A DNA stretch of 64,000 bases from a virus (IMGVR_UViG_2619619233_000003:18086-82085), one strand, 5' to 3'. Positions 9,659 through 18,893 are shown, counted from the first letter of the stretch. Made by a program: numbers and translations. The notes: generated from the sequence alone by a model not told the origin.

Positions 9659-10408
9659 TCACGCCTCGCTCTTCGAGACGGGCGCACCGGAAGCGGTAAG
9701 CCAGACCGCGCCGCCGATCGGAGCTTCGCCAGTCTTGGGCCAGCGCTTGCCAACAAGGCGGCTTTTTTCGATGCGGGTAATATTAACGGCGTTGTTCTGG
9801 TTCGCACCCAGCACATGATAGTGCGTCCGGTCCTCACCCACATAAATACCCACATGCCCGCCGCCTTTGCGCTCGAATACAAGGATCGTCCCGACTGCGA
9901 TGTCGGTCATCTCGACGCCGAATTTCCGCCAGTTGAGGGCGCCGAGCGGGTTTGCGGGCATTGGTTCGGTGGGAAGCGTGACGGCGATGACTTGGCCAAT
10001 GAACAAACCGCACCACGGGATGTCATCGTCGGTGTAGTAGCTGGCAATCCAGCCGCCGAACCGCCTTGCCCAGGACATGATGACCGGATTTGATTTCGGG
10101 CCGGGTATTTCCTTCACGCCGATGTAACGGCGGGCGTCCCGCATCCAGATCGGCTCACGCGGCTTGGGTGGAACCTTGGAGATTACATGACTGGCTTCAG
10201 CGTCACTCGTGCGCAGAGGGCGAACCAGGCGCAGACGCGCCACGGTGTCTTCATCGGCCTTGCCCGTGATCTTCAGGCCTTCGGCCGCCTGATAGCGCTT
10301 CAGCGCTTCGAAGTATTCGCGCCCTTCGGCACCATCATAAACGCCGCCGTAAGCGCCGGCGGCTCGCAATCGCGAAATCGCCCATTCACCAAATGTTTGA
10401 GTGGTCAT
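9659..10408 (-). CDS. Endolysin: peptidoglycan-binding domain + NlpC/P60 (TIGR02594-like)
   Basis: ALKRYQAAEGLKITG PG-binding motif; DDDIPWCG, GGGHVG, LGANQ. Confidence 0.9.
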   Translation of the reverse strand: MTTQTFGEWAISRLRAAGAYGGVYDGAEGREYFEALKRYQAAEGLKITGKADEDTVARLRLVRPLRTSDAEASHVISKVPPKPREPIWMRDARRYIGVKEIPGPKSNPVIMSWARRFGGWIASYYTDDDIPWCGLFIGQVIAVTLPTEPMPANPLGALNWRKFGVEMTDIAVGTILVFERKGGGHVGIYVGEDRTHYHVLGANQNNAVNITRIEKSRLVGKRWPKTGEAPIGGAVWLTASGAPVSKSEA

Positions 10409-10451
10409 TAGAGCCCCTTCAAGAGGGGCTTGAGTTGCCCCCGTCGAGAGG

Positions 10452-10500
10452 ACTATTGGCGGTTTTGGTGGGGGTAATCAGTGGGCCATTTTCGGCCCAC
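10452..10500 (-). promoter_or_regulatory. Late (lysis) promoter with Mor/C-type dyad
   Basis: -10-like AATAGT (10452-10457), perfect dyad GTGGGCC-ATTTTC-GGCCCAC (10481-10500). Confidence 0.65.
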
Positions 10501-10513
10501 TCGGAACCAAATC

Positions 10514-10903
10514 CTAGAAAAGTGAGCCCTGGCGATCGTCGCGGGGTCTCTTTTTCAGGTGCTCTTTAACGGTAGAGCGAGAAACCCCCGTTGCACGGAC
10601 GATTTCGTTAATCGAATAACCTTTATCGATCATTTGGGCAATGGTCATAGCGCGGCGTCGCTTATCGCCACCGAGCGCAGGGGGGATGTCAATCTTCTGA
10701 CTTCCAAATTTTTCCGCCATCGCCTTTGCGGCGTCATGTCCAATGAGTTCAGCAAGCCAGTGATTAGCGGGCATTGAATTGGGGATTGAAATTCTCTGGC
10801 CGGCCTTCTCGCGCCCAAGGATGATCGCCGCCCGCTCGCCGGCAACATCGGCGATACGGTTTAAGAGCGGGGTCATGTAGGCGCGATCAGGAAGGTCGGA
10901 CAT
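10514..10903 (-). CDS. mor: Mor/C-like transcription activator
   Basis: Mor-like N-terminal repeats, C-terminal HTH, terminal QGSLF; immediately upstream of lysis genes. Confidence 0.8.
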   Translation of the reverse strand: MSDLPDRAYMTPLLNRIADVAGERAAIILGREKAGQRISIPNSMPANHWLAELIGHDAAKAMAEKFGSQKIDIPPALGGDKRRRAMTIAQMIDKGYSINEIVRATGVSRSTVKEHLKKRPRDDRQGSLF

Positions 10904-11148
10904 CAGTTGCGGCCCTCTATCTCCGCCACGATCAAGCCGTCGAGGCGCACGTTTCGGCGCAGCGCACGGAGACGCTGCTTGGCGTCCCGCTTCGACCAGG
11001 CCCAAAGGGAAAACGACCAATGCTTGTCGCCGTGGCGATAGCTGAAGGAATACAGCTGCATTGTGCGGCCGTCTCGATCGACGAGCGACGGAGCGGCGAT
11101 GTCGCGCAGCGCCGCGTCGGATACGAGGGGAATGGCGTCTGGCGTCAT
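10903..11148 (-). CDS. Conserved phage hypothetical protein
   Basis: Homolog at 51976..52221; coupled stop/start overlaps. Confidence 0.75.
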   Translation of the reverse strand: MTPDAIPLVSDAALRDIAAPSLVDRDGRTMQLYSFSYRHGDKHWSFSLWAWSKRDAKQRLRALRRNVRLDGLIVAEIEGRN

Positions 11149-11798
11149 CGTGCCGGCCCCGTTTTCTGACGTCGGATCATAGTGCCGAGGTAATTCATGA
11201 CGTTGATCCATTCCGCGTCCGTCAGGTTTCGATACGTCACATCCTCGTTCACAATGTCGGTAACGACCGGCCAAAACTGGTTCGAGCCTTGGGGCGTCAG
11301 CATCGCCCACTGTGCGCGGGCGATCTTGTAACCATGGCTCTGCTCGTAAGGCTCGCATGGCTTGCGGTCCGCCCACACGACGCCGGCGCGGCCGAGCATA
11401 TCCTTAAGCGCTTCTATCACGCTCGCGCCGTCAGCCGCCTTGTGGACGAAACGCATGTCGGAAATGTTCGGCAGTTGCCGCCCCATGGCGAACGCTTCAA
11501 GCGCGCTATCACGGCGATCGTCGATGACGCCAAGGTTGTAGCAGGCAATCCAGAGCGCCCGCATCTTCGGCAGGTACTTGCCGGAGAGCTTGTGCTTGCC
11601 GTCGCGGCCGTCCAGCCGAACCGGCGCTAATCTCGGCGTGTTGCCGCGCAGGCTCACGAGGACCTTCTGCCGTTCAGCCTCGGTCATCTCCGTGGTGGAT
11701 GTCTTGCCGGTCAGGATATGCAGCTTGGCGCGATAGGTGTCATCGTCCAGGCCGAGTTTCTTCTGTTCGATCTTGATGGCAGCAATGGTCTTGCTCAT
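11145..11798 (-). CDS. gemA: GemA (Mu gp16, DUF1018) regulatory protein
   Basis: KLGLDDDTYRA...TGKTS, KMRALW, VIEALK motifs. Confidence 0.9.
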   Translation of the reverse strand: MSKTIAAIKIEQKKLGLDDDTYRAKLHILTGKTSTTEMTEAERQKVLVSLRGNTPRLAPVRLDGRDGKHKLSGKYLPKMRALWIACYNLGVIDDRRDSALEAFAMGRQLPNISDMRFVHKAADGASVIEALKDMLGRAGVVWADRKPCEPYEQSHGYKIARAQWAMLTPQGSNQFWPVVTDIVNEDVTYRNLTDAEWINVMNYLGTMIRRQKTGPAR

Positions 11799-11989
11799 CG
11801 CGACAGCCTCCCTGCGGCGTGGGCCGCGATGTCGGTAAGGCAGAACTCGGAGGAGCGGCTTTCGTCGCCTTCCTCGGTCACGACCAGGACGAACATCTTG
11901 CCGCCCTTCGCGTGAACGAAATGGCCGTCCTTCAGAAATGCGTCGATCAGCGCCGTCAGCAGCTGGTCGGGTTCAAATGTCCTCGGCAT
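11795..11989 (-). CDS. Conserved phage hypothetical protein
   Basis: Near-identical homolog at 52892..53089. Confidence 0.8.
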   Translation of the reverse strand: MPRTFEPDQLLTALIDAFLKDGHFVHAKGGKMFVLVVTEEGDESRSSEFCLTDIAAHAAGRLSR

Positions 11990-12236
11990 CGTAGGCCCCG
12001 CTCATTTCGGTTGTGGTGAAAGTGGCTTTGAAGACCGGGATGAAGAAGCGCACGTAGACGAACTGGACGGACCAGCCTCGGCGTTGCGCTTTTTCCCAAG
12101 TCTCCGGTTTGCGGTACTTGGACGCGACCGCCTTTTCAGCGGTCGCGCTCCACGTGTTCGGCTGAAGCTTTCCGGACGGAGAGCAGAGCACGTAGCCCTT
12201 TGTGAAGGCCGCAGGAATTTGCCGCTTACTCGTCAT
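11973..12236 (-). CDS. Conserved phage hypothetical protein
   Basis: Homolog at 53070..53330. Confidence 0.75.
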   Translation of the reverse strand: MTSKRQIPAAFTKGYVLCSPSGKLQPNTWSATAEKAVASKYRKPETWEKAQRRGWSVQFVYVRFFIPVFKATFTTTEMSGAYDAEDI

Positions 12237-12429
12237 AGGCGACAAACTCCAGTTCGCGGGGATGGCAATTGCTATAATGCTTGTCGCCGTGGAAATGCAC
12301 TTTGACGTAGTGCTGATGCTCGCGGCCTTCCGGCTTGATCTTGCCGTATCTGGCCGTCACCGTGTGCCGGACGAGCCGGTTCACGGTGATTTCAATGCCG
12401 TAGTAGTTGCGGATGTAATCGTAGCTCAT
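12226..12429 (-). CDS. Small phage hypothetical protein (A only)
   Basis: 67 aa, ATGA-coupled; absent at the syntenic position in B. Confidence 0.75.
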   Translation of the reverse strand: MSYDYIRNYYGIEITVNRLVRHTVTARYGKIKPEGREHQHYVKVHFHGDKHYSNCHPRELEFVAYDE

Positions 12430-12707
12430 AGCAACTTGCGGCCTTTCGTCCTGCGGTGCGGACCCTTCGCCAGCCGGTTTCGCAACATCTGCTCAAACGC
12501 CTTCACGGCATTGATCGCCTGCAGGTCGTTGTCCGCTTCAGGCAGGCCGGGAACCAGCAGCGTCTCTCCGTCATAGGCGTGGCGGGCGCAAACGCTGAGA
12601 ATGCGCTTCAGTCGCCGGCCATGCCCTGTGACGATCTTCATGGTGCCTTTCGGCACACGGCGGCTGACAAATGTTTCACCGGATCGGAAGCAAACGATGT
12701 GGGCCAT
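12426..12707 (-). CDS. Conserved phage protein (ARHAYDG-LLVPG family)
   Basis: Homolog at 53327..53611. Confidence 0.8.
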   Translation of the reverse strand: MAHIVCFRSGETFVSRRVPKGTMKIVTGHGRRLKRILSVCARHAYDGETLLVPGLPEADNDLQAINAVKAFEQMLRNRLAKGPHRRTKGRKLL

Positions 12708-13078
12708 CAGTTCACCCCGTCATCCATGACGGCATCGGCAAGGCCATCTTCGGCGATCTTCTCGACAAGATCGGTAATGAGGGCCTCAACTGTCATGCTG
12801 CGTTTGGCCGCAAAGGGCCGAAGCATCTGCCGGAGCTCGAAGTTCAACCCGATACGGGCAACGTTCTGCTCACCGACGCGGTAGCCCGCCTCTCTGGCAG
12901 TCGGTGATGAGTCGGGCTTGGGTGTCATTGGCACCAGTGCGGTGATCTTGTTGACGGGTATTCCGGTCTGATCCGAAATCTGCCGGTTCGTCAGGCCGCT
13001 GGAGCGAAGCCCCCGGATTGCGGCCGAACGGGACGGATAGCCCATGCAGGGTTTGGAGGCGCCACCGTTAGCGGTCAT
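12707..13078 (-). CDS. HTH-containing phage protein
   Basis: GLTNRQISDQTGIP HTH-like segment; homolog at 53608..53979. Confidence 0.8.
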   Translation of the reverse strand: MTANGGASKPCMGYPSRSAAIRGLRSSGLTNRQISDQTGIPVNKITALVPMTPKPDSSPTAREAGYRVGEQNVARIGLNFELRQMLRPFAAKRSMTVEALITDLVEKIAEDGLADAVMDDGVN

Positions 13079-13929
13079 GCTTTCTGTCCTTCCAAAATGC
13101 GCGTTCTGGAAAAGTGAAACGTGCTTTTAATCCGGCGGAAAAAGTGCGACCTGTTCGCGAGGGGTATAGGTTGAAGGGGGAAGAAGTGTCCGAAGACCAC
13201 AAGGAGCGTCTTGTTGTTTTGTTTCTGCTTGTCGTATGCGTCACAATACTGCCGCCGCTCTTCTTTGGCGAAGCGCGAAGCGTGAAAGACCAGGTCGGCG
13301 GCGACAGCTGGCGGAACTTTATTTTCGATTTCCAAACACTCATCGGCGGCGGCGCGGCTATGATCGCGGCGTGGTACACGGTTCGGCAAATGCGGATCAG
13401 CGATATGAAGAGCTATGATCGGCACCGAGAACTGGTTGAGTTGCAACTCCGCCCTGACACGCTTCGTGTCGAGCGTATGCTGAAGCCGGGTTTGGCTGAC
13501 CTCGAAGCCTGCTACGAAGAGATCAGAGGCGTCAGGTTCAATACGCTTAGTAAACTGCTCAAGGATGAGCCTGCCGTAGTTGCGCAGGTGATGGAGCAGT
13601 TGCGATTGGAATGCGCCCAAGCTGTCCGCATCATGAAGCGGCCGCAATTCGAAGCTGCTTCGGATTTGTTTGATGGTGATCTCGCGTACCAGTTCGGTAA
13701 CACTATGACTATTTTGAATGACCTTGCCAATGCGAGCCGCCGTTGCGGCAAGTTCGCGGGGAAAGCGTTTCAGGCCATAGCCGGGGGGGATGAGGCGGAG
13801 ATCGAGCGAACGGGTAAAATTCTCGCCAATTCTTTTGGCAGAGTTTTTGTCACTTGGGAGGCAATCTTGGTTCCATTTGCTGATATGAATGTCTGCTTGA
13901 CCCAGATGAAGCGTAGATATCGTATTCAT
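13075..13929 (-). CDS. Sense-strand ORF fully overlapping the antisense moron
   Basis: GAAGGGA SD 7 nt before ATG; stop overlaps next start (ATGA); no recognisable family. Confidence 0.35.
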   Translation of the reverse strand: MNTISTLHLGQADIHISKWNQDCLPSDKNSAKRIGENFTRSLDLRLIPPGYGLKRFPRELAATAARIGKVIQNSHSVTELVREITIKQIRSSFELRPLHDADSLGAFQSQLLHHLRNYGRLILEQFTKRIEPDASDLFVAGFEVSQTRLQHTLDTKRVRAELQLNQFSVPIIALHIADPHLPNRVPRRDHSRAAADECLEIENKVPPAVAADLVFHASRFAKEERRQYCDAYDKQKQNNKTLLVVFGHFFPLQPIPLANRSHFFRRIKSTFHFSRTRILEGQKA

Positions 13930-13932
13930 TGA
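13114..13932 (+). CDS. Moron: membrane-anchored hypothetical protein
   Basis: Opposite strand, lower GC, two hydrophobic segments; true start may be the GTG at 13186. Confidence 0.8.
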   Translation: MKRAFNPAEKVRPVREGYRLKGEEVSEDHKERLVVLFLLVVCVTILPPLFFGEARSVKDQVGGDSWRNFIFDFQTLIGGGAAMIAAWYTVRQMRISDMKSYDRHRELVELQLRPDTLRVERMLKPGLADLEACYEEIRGVRFNTLSKLLKDEPAVVAQVMEQLRLECAQAVRIMKRPQFEAASDLFDGDLAYQFGNTMTILNDLANASRRCGKFAGKAFQAIAGGDEAEIERTGKILANSFGRVFVTWEAILVPFADMNVCLTQMKRRYRIH

Positions 13933-13941
13933 GCGATCCCT

Positions 13942-14601
13942 TCAAGCATCAGCAATATTGAGCGAAATGCGGACCCACTCCGCATCGTGCGATTCCCGGA
14001 AGCTAAAATGCAGATACTCTTTCGAGCCGATCACCCGCACGGCCGCGTTGATCGCCTCCATTGCCTGCATCCAGCGAGGATCATCGCTTTCGATCTTGAA
14101 CAGTTCGAAGACGGCGTCCTTGCTGATCTTGCCCGCCTGATCGACATTAAAGGCACGCGTGACCAGGCCACGGATTTCGGCGCGGCCGTCTTCCGTCCAC
14201 TCATTCAGGCATTCGTCGATCAGCCCCTTCGCGACCTGCAGCTGCGGTCCGAACTCGATGAGCTTGTTCACACGGGTCTCGACGGACATCAGGCCGTCGA
14301 TCGTTCGGTATTTCTGGTTCCCGGCTCCGGCGCGACCGCGCTTGACGAGGCCGTATTTGGCCTCAAGGTTACGATCGAACTCGGCGATATCGGCGCGGGT
14401 GTGCGCCTTGAAGCGGGCCAGTTCGGCAGAAAGCGGCTTGGCGAAACCGATGATCTTGCGGACCATCTGATCCTCAAGGAAGTCTTCTGCCTTCACCAGG
14501 GCGAGTGGCGTCAGGCCGCCGTCTGCGTTGGTGACGTATTCCTTGCCGTTGACAATGGTGATGCCAGCAGTCGCTTTTTCTTCGAGAATTACAGCTTCCA
14601 T
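13942..14601 (-). CDS. DUF3164 family protein
   Basis: FGPQLQVAKGLIDECL, RAFNVD, WMQAMEAI motifs; usual Mu-like early region. Confidence 0.9.
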   Translation of the reverse strand: MEAVILEEKATAGITIVNGKEYVTNADGGLTPLALVKAEDFLEDQMVRKIIGFAKPLSAELARFKAHTRADIAEFDRNLEAKYGLVKRGRAGAGNQKYRTIDGLMSVETRVNKLIEFGPQLQVAKGLIDECLNEWTEDGRAEIRGLVTRAFNVDQAGKISKDAVFELFKIESDDPRWMQAMEAINAAVRVIGSKEYLHFSFRESHDAEWVRISLNIADA

Positions 14602-14635
14602 GGGTTTGAACCTCATAAATTAATGTGAAGGGGGA

Positions 14636-14998
14636 TCAGGCCGCGTCGCCCCCGGGCGGTGCGGAAGGGGCAGAGGAATTGGAGGGCTTGGGACGGAACT
14701 GTACGACATTGCCGCCGTCCTCGGTGTCTGGCCGCATTAAGCCGAGAACCTCGGCCGTGACCTTGTTCATGTTGGTCAGCAGCGACAGGCGGTCTTGTGA
14801 AGCGCGCCGGTTCCACTCGGCCTGCGACCAGGCGTTTTCGAGCTTGCGGGCAAGATCGGCGATGCGGCCGATATGAACGATGACCTTTGTCGAGGTCACG
14901 CGGTCCAGGTTGATGGTGCCACGCTCGTTGACGACGCCGTTCAAATCACGCGCCAACTGAAGCAGATAATCGGAAACGCAGTCAGGCTTCGCCGTCAT
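14636..14998 (-). CDS. Conserved phage hypothetical protein
   Basis: Near-identical to 55786..56148. Confidence 0.8.
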   Translation of the reverse strand: MTAKPDCVSDYLLQLARDLNGVVNERGTINLDRVTSTKVIVHIGRIADLARKLENAWSQAEWNRRASQDRLSLLTNMNKVTAEVLGLMRPDTEDGGNVVQFRPKPSNSSAPSAPPGGDAA

Positions 14999-15308
14999 TC
15001 TTCTTTCCTCCAAAGTTCGGGCGGATGATGTTGCTCTCTGCTTTTTCAAGCAGGCTGGTGAGTTCACCGGTCGCAAGCTGCTCGGCAGTCTTTGCGAGCA
15101 GCTTTCCCGCCTCGCTGTCGCGCAGAATAGAAAGCTCAAGCTCAAGGTGGCCGGCCTGCTGGGACAGGGCGCGAAGGGTTTTCAGCACGGTCTGGGCGGA
15201 ACGCGCGTCCAGTTCCAGTTTCTCATCCGGCTTCATCTTTTTGGCTTCCGCGAAGATGCCGGCGAGATATTCCAGATGAGTTTTCAGGGAGGGAGCCGCC
15301 GATGTCAT
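14982..15308 (-). CDS. Conserved phage hypothetical protein
   Basis: Near-identical to 56132..56458; ATGA-coupled to MuB. Confidence 0.8.
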   Translation of the reverse strand: MTSAAPSLKTHLEYLAGIFAEAKKMKPDEKLELDARSAQTVLKTLRALSQQAGHLELELSILRDSEAGKLLAKTAEQLATGELTSLLEKAESNIIRPNFGGKKNDGEA

Positions 15309-16336
15309 AGGCTGTCCCCCATGTCGCGGTTCTTCCAGGCGGCCTGAAGGTGCTCCAGACGCACACCTTCCTCGCCGTCGCCGATGGCAAGCATCGATGC
15401 GGCCTTCATGGTGCGGTCGATCTGTCGGAGAGCACCCGGCTTGCTGGCGATACCCTTCAGGAAGGTGGCGCAATCCGTGCCTTCGTCGATGCCCCAAGCC
15501 TTGATCAGGATTTCCGCATCGGCGACCGGATTGCGCGCCGTGCGAACTTGGCGATCGAAGCGGGAGAGCACCTGGGCGCGGCTGGCGACAGAACGGCCGA
15601 GGTCTTTCACGAACGCCGTCGCGGTATCCTCGTTCCCGAGCAAGGCAACACCGCAATGGTCGTTGTCGACGAAATGGCGAAGCTGGTTGATCGCATCCGG
15701 AACCGCGTTCTGCGCCTCATCAATGATGAGCAGCGAGCCTTCGCCGACGCGCTTCAGCTTTGCGCCGAGGGCGCGGACGAACTTTGCGGGATTGTGCTCA
15801 TGCACTTCGAGCGCCCCGCACAACTCGACGAGCATGCCGTGCACCGTCTTGGTGCTCGGGCTGAGCGTCGCCATGAACACGTGAGGGCGCGTTGCTGCAA
15901 AGTGCTTTGCCGCGGTTGTCTTGCCGGAGCCTGCGGGCAAGGTGACGCGGACGAAACCGGACGTTACCTGGGCAAACAGAAGTGCGTTGTAAACGTCCTG
16001 GCCGACCGTTGTGCGCTGGAAAGGCGGCGACACTGGCATGATGGCAGCCATATTCTGGCTTGCGTCGATGGCATCGAGCCAGTTGGCCATCTGCTGATTA
16101 ACGTTCGCCAAAATGCCCAGATATTTTCCGCCAAACCACGGCGAGAACGTGCCTTCGGGCACGCCGGAGCGGCGGGACACTTCTGCTTTCGTCCAGCCGT
16201 ATGTGACGGCGACATCGACAGTGCGCGCTGTCAGGTTTCGCCATTCGGCAACGTCCGATGCCGGATGTTTGGCGGTAAACTCGATTAGCGGTTGCGACTG
16301 TTCCCACACGCTATTTGTGTTGGTCGTCTTTTTCAT
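15305..16336 (-). CDS. muB: MuB-like AAA+ transposition ATPase
   Basis: N-terminal HTH, AGSGKT Walker A, IIDEAQ Walker B, GALR. Confidence 0.95.
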   Translation of the reverse strand: MKKTTNTNSVWEQSQPLIEFTAKHPASDVAEWRNLTARTVDVAVTYGWTKAEVSRRSGVPEGTFSPWFGGKYLGILANVNQQMANWLDAIDASQNMAAIMPVSPPFQRTTVGQDVYNALLFAQVTSGFVRVTLPAGSGKTTAAKHFAATRPHVFMATLSPSTKTVHGMLVELCGALEVHEHNPAKFVRALGAKLKRVGEGSLLIIDEAQNAVPDAINQLRHFVDNDHCGVALLGNEDTATAFVKDLGRSVASRAQVLSRFDRQVRTARNPVADAEILIKAWGIDEGTDCATFLKGIASKPGALRQIDRTMKAASMLAIGDGEEGVRLEHLQAAWKNRDMGDSL

Positions 16337-16416
16337 ATAAAGGTTCCTTCGTTCAATTGTGGGGCGGCCTTCGGGTCGCTCATTTTTTTCGCCCTGTTGG
16401 ACTGGAACCGTACTCA

Positions 16417-18432
16417 CTACTTTTCGGCTCTTCTCTTGCGGGCAGGCTTGTTGCCTGCCTCGTTATTCCCCGTGGGGAATTGGATGATTGCGCTTTCCCC
16501 GCCCGCCACTCGGGCGAGGCCACGCGCAAAACTGTCTTCGAAATGATCGACGCTGACCGCCTCGACCGGGGCATGTGCAAGGTTGCCGGTGACAAGGCGC
16601 GTGACGACCGGACGAACCGGCGTCTGCGGACGCTTCGCAGCCTCGGCCTTGCGGCCCTTTTCCATGATCTCGCCAAGCTGCATCGGTGAGAGCGCCGCAT
16701 TGCTCTTGGCGACCGCCTGAAGGTTCTTGACGTGGGTCTTGCGTGCCTTCTCCTGGCGGCGGGCAGCGTCCGTGTCGGCGAAGCCGGTTTTAGCCAGGCA
16801 GTCGGCGTCACAAAGGAAGCGGCCTTCCGGGTCGTAGACCTTGACCGGCTTGTACAGGTCGGCCGGATCGAACCGCACCGTCAGCTTCTTGCCGATCCAC
16901 TCGTTAAGCACCGCGTTCCAATAGCGGTTGCCGTGCATGTGGATCGCGCCGTCCGGCTTGCGTGCGGTGATGGCGACGGCCGACAGCATCCAGAGCGAAC
17001 GCTGGGCCATGCTGGCATAACGAACGATCGTGGACGGCTCGGCGATCGACGCGTCAAACGTCTGCGCAAAACTGCGGCCGTGGGCGGTTTCCGTTGTGCG
17101 GTTCAGCCGGTGATTATGCTCGTCAACGCATTGCGCCACATGGCGCTGGAGCGTTTCGAGCCGAACCGCGCTGTTGCCGTAGTTTTCCGGCTTCGCGTCG
17201 GGCTTGTTGCCGGTATAGCAACCGGACATGGACGGATGCTTTGAGATTTCCTCGGCGAGATCGCGCCATGCGCGTTCGATCGGCTTAGACTGGCCGGAAC
17301 GCGGCTTCACGAAATGCGGCTCGATGTCGAGCGTTTTCAGGAGGCCGGCAACATCGTCCTCATTGACCTTGAAGCGGTGGCGGGTCTTTGCCCCGCCCGA
17401 TATCATCTTGCCCGCGAAGGCACGGCCGTTGTCCATGTAGATGTGATAGGGCAACATGCCGTCATGGTTCTCGATCATGGAACCGATGCAGGTGCGGACG
17501 GCCTCCCATGTCTCGGCCTCGGCAAGCGTCCACGAAAGCACCTTGCGCGAATAGACATCCTGAATACCGATCAGGATCACGCGGACCGGTGTTTCCGACC
17601 ACGGTGCCCGCACAAACAAGTCGAGCTGGTGACCGTCGGTGTTGACGATTTCCATGGCATGCAGGTGGGCGACGGTGCGCTTTTGCGCCGGGAATAGCTG
17701 CTTTGCCTTGTCCTTGCCTTCGCGGGCGATGATCTGCGCGGCCTTCGGGACTTCCGCGTCCAGGCGGCGCCGCAAAGAACGCTCGGAAGGGACCGGCGAC
17801 AGGTTCTGGTCGCGGGCAACCATCATCATGCGGCGATAGCAGGCGCTAAAGGAAGGGCGCTCGGGCCGCAGGAAATCCGATTTAAGGATTTTCCAAGCCT
17901 CGGGGTGGCAGGGCGCGACTTCGGCGGCTTCGCCGGTGCCGCTGCCCGAGAATGACGGGGCGAGGGCAGCAAGCCAGTCCTGGCGAGAATGGCCTTCTAC
18001 GCTTTCCATCCAGTTGTACACGGTGCGCGGCGATACCGATGCTTTACGGGCGCAAAACTCGATCGCCTTTACAGTCTGCAACCCGGCTGCGCGCAGCTCC
18101 GCAATCTCGGTCAACACGCCCAAGCGCGTTTTGCAGATCGCTTTATGGGCGTCTGACAGGGCCTCAAAACGGTCCCAAAGCATCTTTGAAAGCTTGGTCG
18201 GGCGCGGGTCGCTAGGCTCCGCATTGAGGAATGCGAGCTTGGCCTGCGCCACCGCAGGAAGGAAGGAATAATGGTACTCAAACCCGCCGCCTTGCCCGGC
18301 CTTAGTACGGGCTTTCGCGGTGGATCGCACGCCGGAGCGAGCGATAAACAACTCTAGTCCTTGGCGGGAGCTCGGAACACCCGGCAATGCCGCCTGGGCC
18401 AGTTCTGCGGATGTGAACCATTCCTTCTTCAT
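16417..18432 (-). CDS. muA: MuA-like DDE transposase
   Basis: MKKEWFT Mu-HTH, DGH, YMDNGRAF, KPIERAW, VRFDPADL. Confidence 0.97.
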   Translation of the reverse strand: MKKEWFTSAELAQAALPGVPSSRQGLELFIARSGVRSTAKARTKAGQGGGFEYHYSFLPAVAQAKLAFLNAEPSDPRPTKLSKMLWDRFEALSDAHKAICKTRLGVLTEIAELRAAGLQTVKAIEFCARKASVSPRTVYNWMESVEGHSRQDWLAALAPSFSGSGTGEAAEVAPCHPEAWKILKSDFLRPERPSFSACYRRMMMVARDQNLSPVPSERSLRRRLDAEVPKAAQIIAREGKDKAKQLFPAQKRTVAHLHAMEIVNTDGHQLDLFVRAPWSETPVRVILIGIQDVYSRKVLSWTLAEAETWEAVRTCIGSMIENHDGMLPYHIYMDNGRAFAGKMISGGAKTRHRFKVNEDDVAGLLKTLDIEPHFVKPRSGQSKPIERAWRDLAEEISKHPSMSGCYTGNKPDAKPENYGNSAVRLETLQRHVAQCVDEHNHRLNRTTETAHGRSFAQTFDASIAEPSTIVRYASMAQRSLWMLSAVAITARKPDGAIHMHGNRYWNAVLNEWIGKKLTVRFDPADLYKPVKVYDPEGRFLCDADCLAKTGFADTDAARRQEKARKTHVKNLQAVAKSNAALSPMQLGEIMEKGRKAEAAKRPQTPVRPVVTRLVTGNLAHAPVEAVSVDHFEDSFARGLARVAGGESAIIQFPTGNNEAGNKPARKRRAEK

Positions 18433-18893
18433 TTGCGCACCCGACGAATGTGCACCGGCGTCGCCTGAAGAACTTTCAGTTCCTGGGCGAGCTTCTTTTG
18501 CTCCTGGCGGATGCGGGACATTTCCGCGAGGCGGGCTTCATCGCCTTCGAGCAGCAACAGGCCGTCATCGGAAACGACGACATCCCAGAGCCAGAAGGCG
18601 TTCGTGGCGCGGACAAACGCCTTGAAGCGCGGCATGCTGATGTCGTGGGCGGTTTTGCTCTCGGCGGTGTAGCTGTCGAGAGCCGACTTCGAGACCTTGT
18701 CGAGGCCGAGGTAATAGGCCATCCGCGCCGCGATCGTGTCGCGGTCGTATTGGCATTCGCGAATGGCGCGGGCCATTTCGCGTTTCAACGTCGAACGGAA
18801 GCGGTCGATATCGAGACGTTCCGATGCGGATCGCACCGGGAAAACCGTCTCCTTGAAAAAGTCCATCTGGTTGGGGTCGCGTTTCGTGCTCAT
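18429..18893 (-). CDS. Conserved protein upstream of MuA
   Basis: Identical protein at 59580..60044; coupled to MuA. Confidence 0.85.
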   Translation of the reverse strand: MSTKRDPNQMDFFKETVFPVRSASERLDIDRFRSTLKREMARAIRECQYDRDTIAARMAYYLGLDKVSKSALDSYTAESKTAHDISMPRFKAFVRATNAFWLWDVVVSDDGLLLLEGDEARLAEMSRIRQEQKKLAQELKVLQATPVHIRRVRK

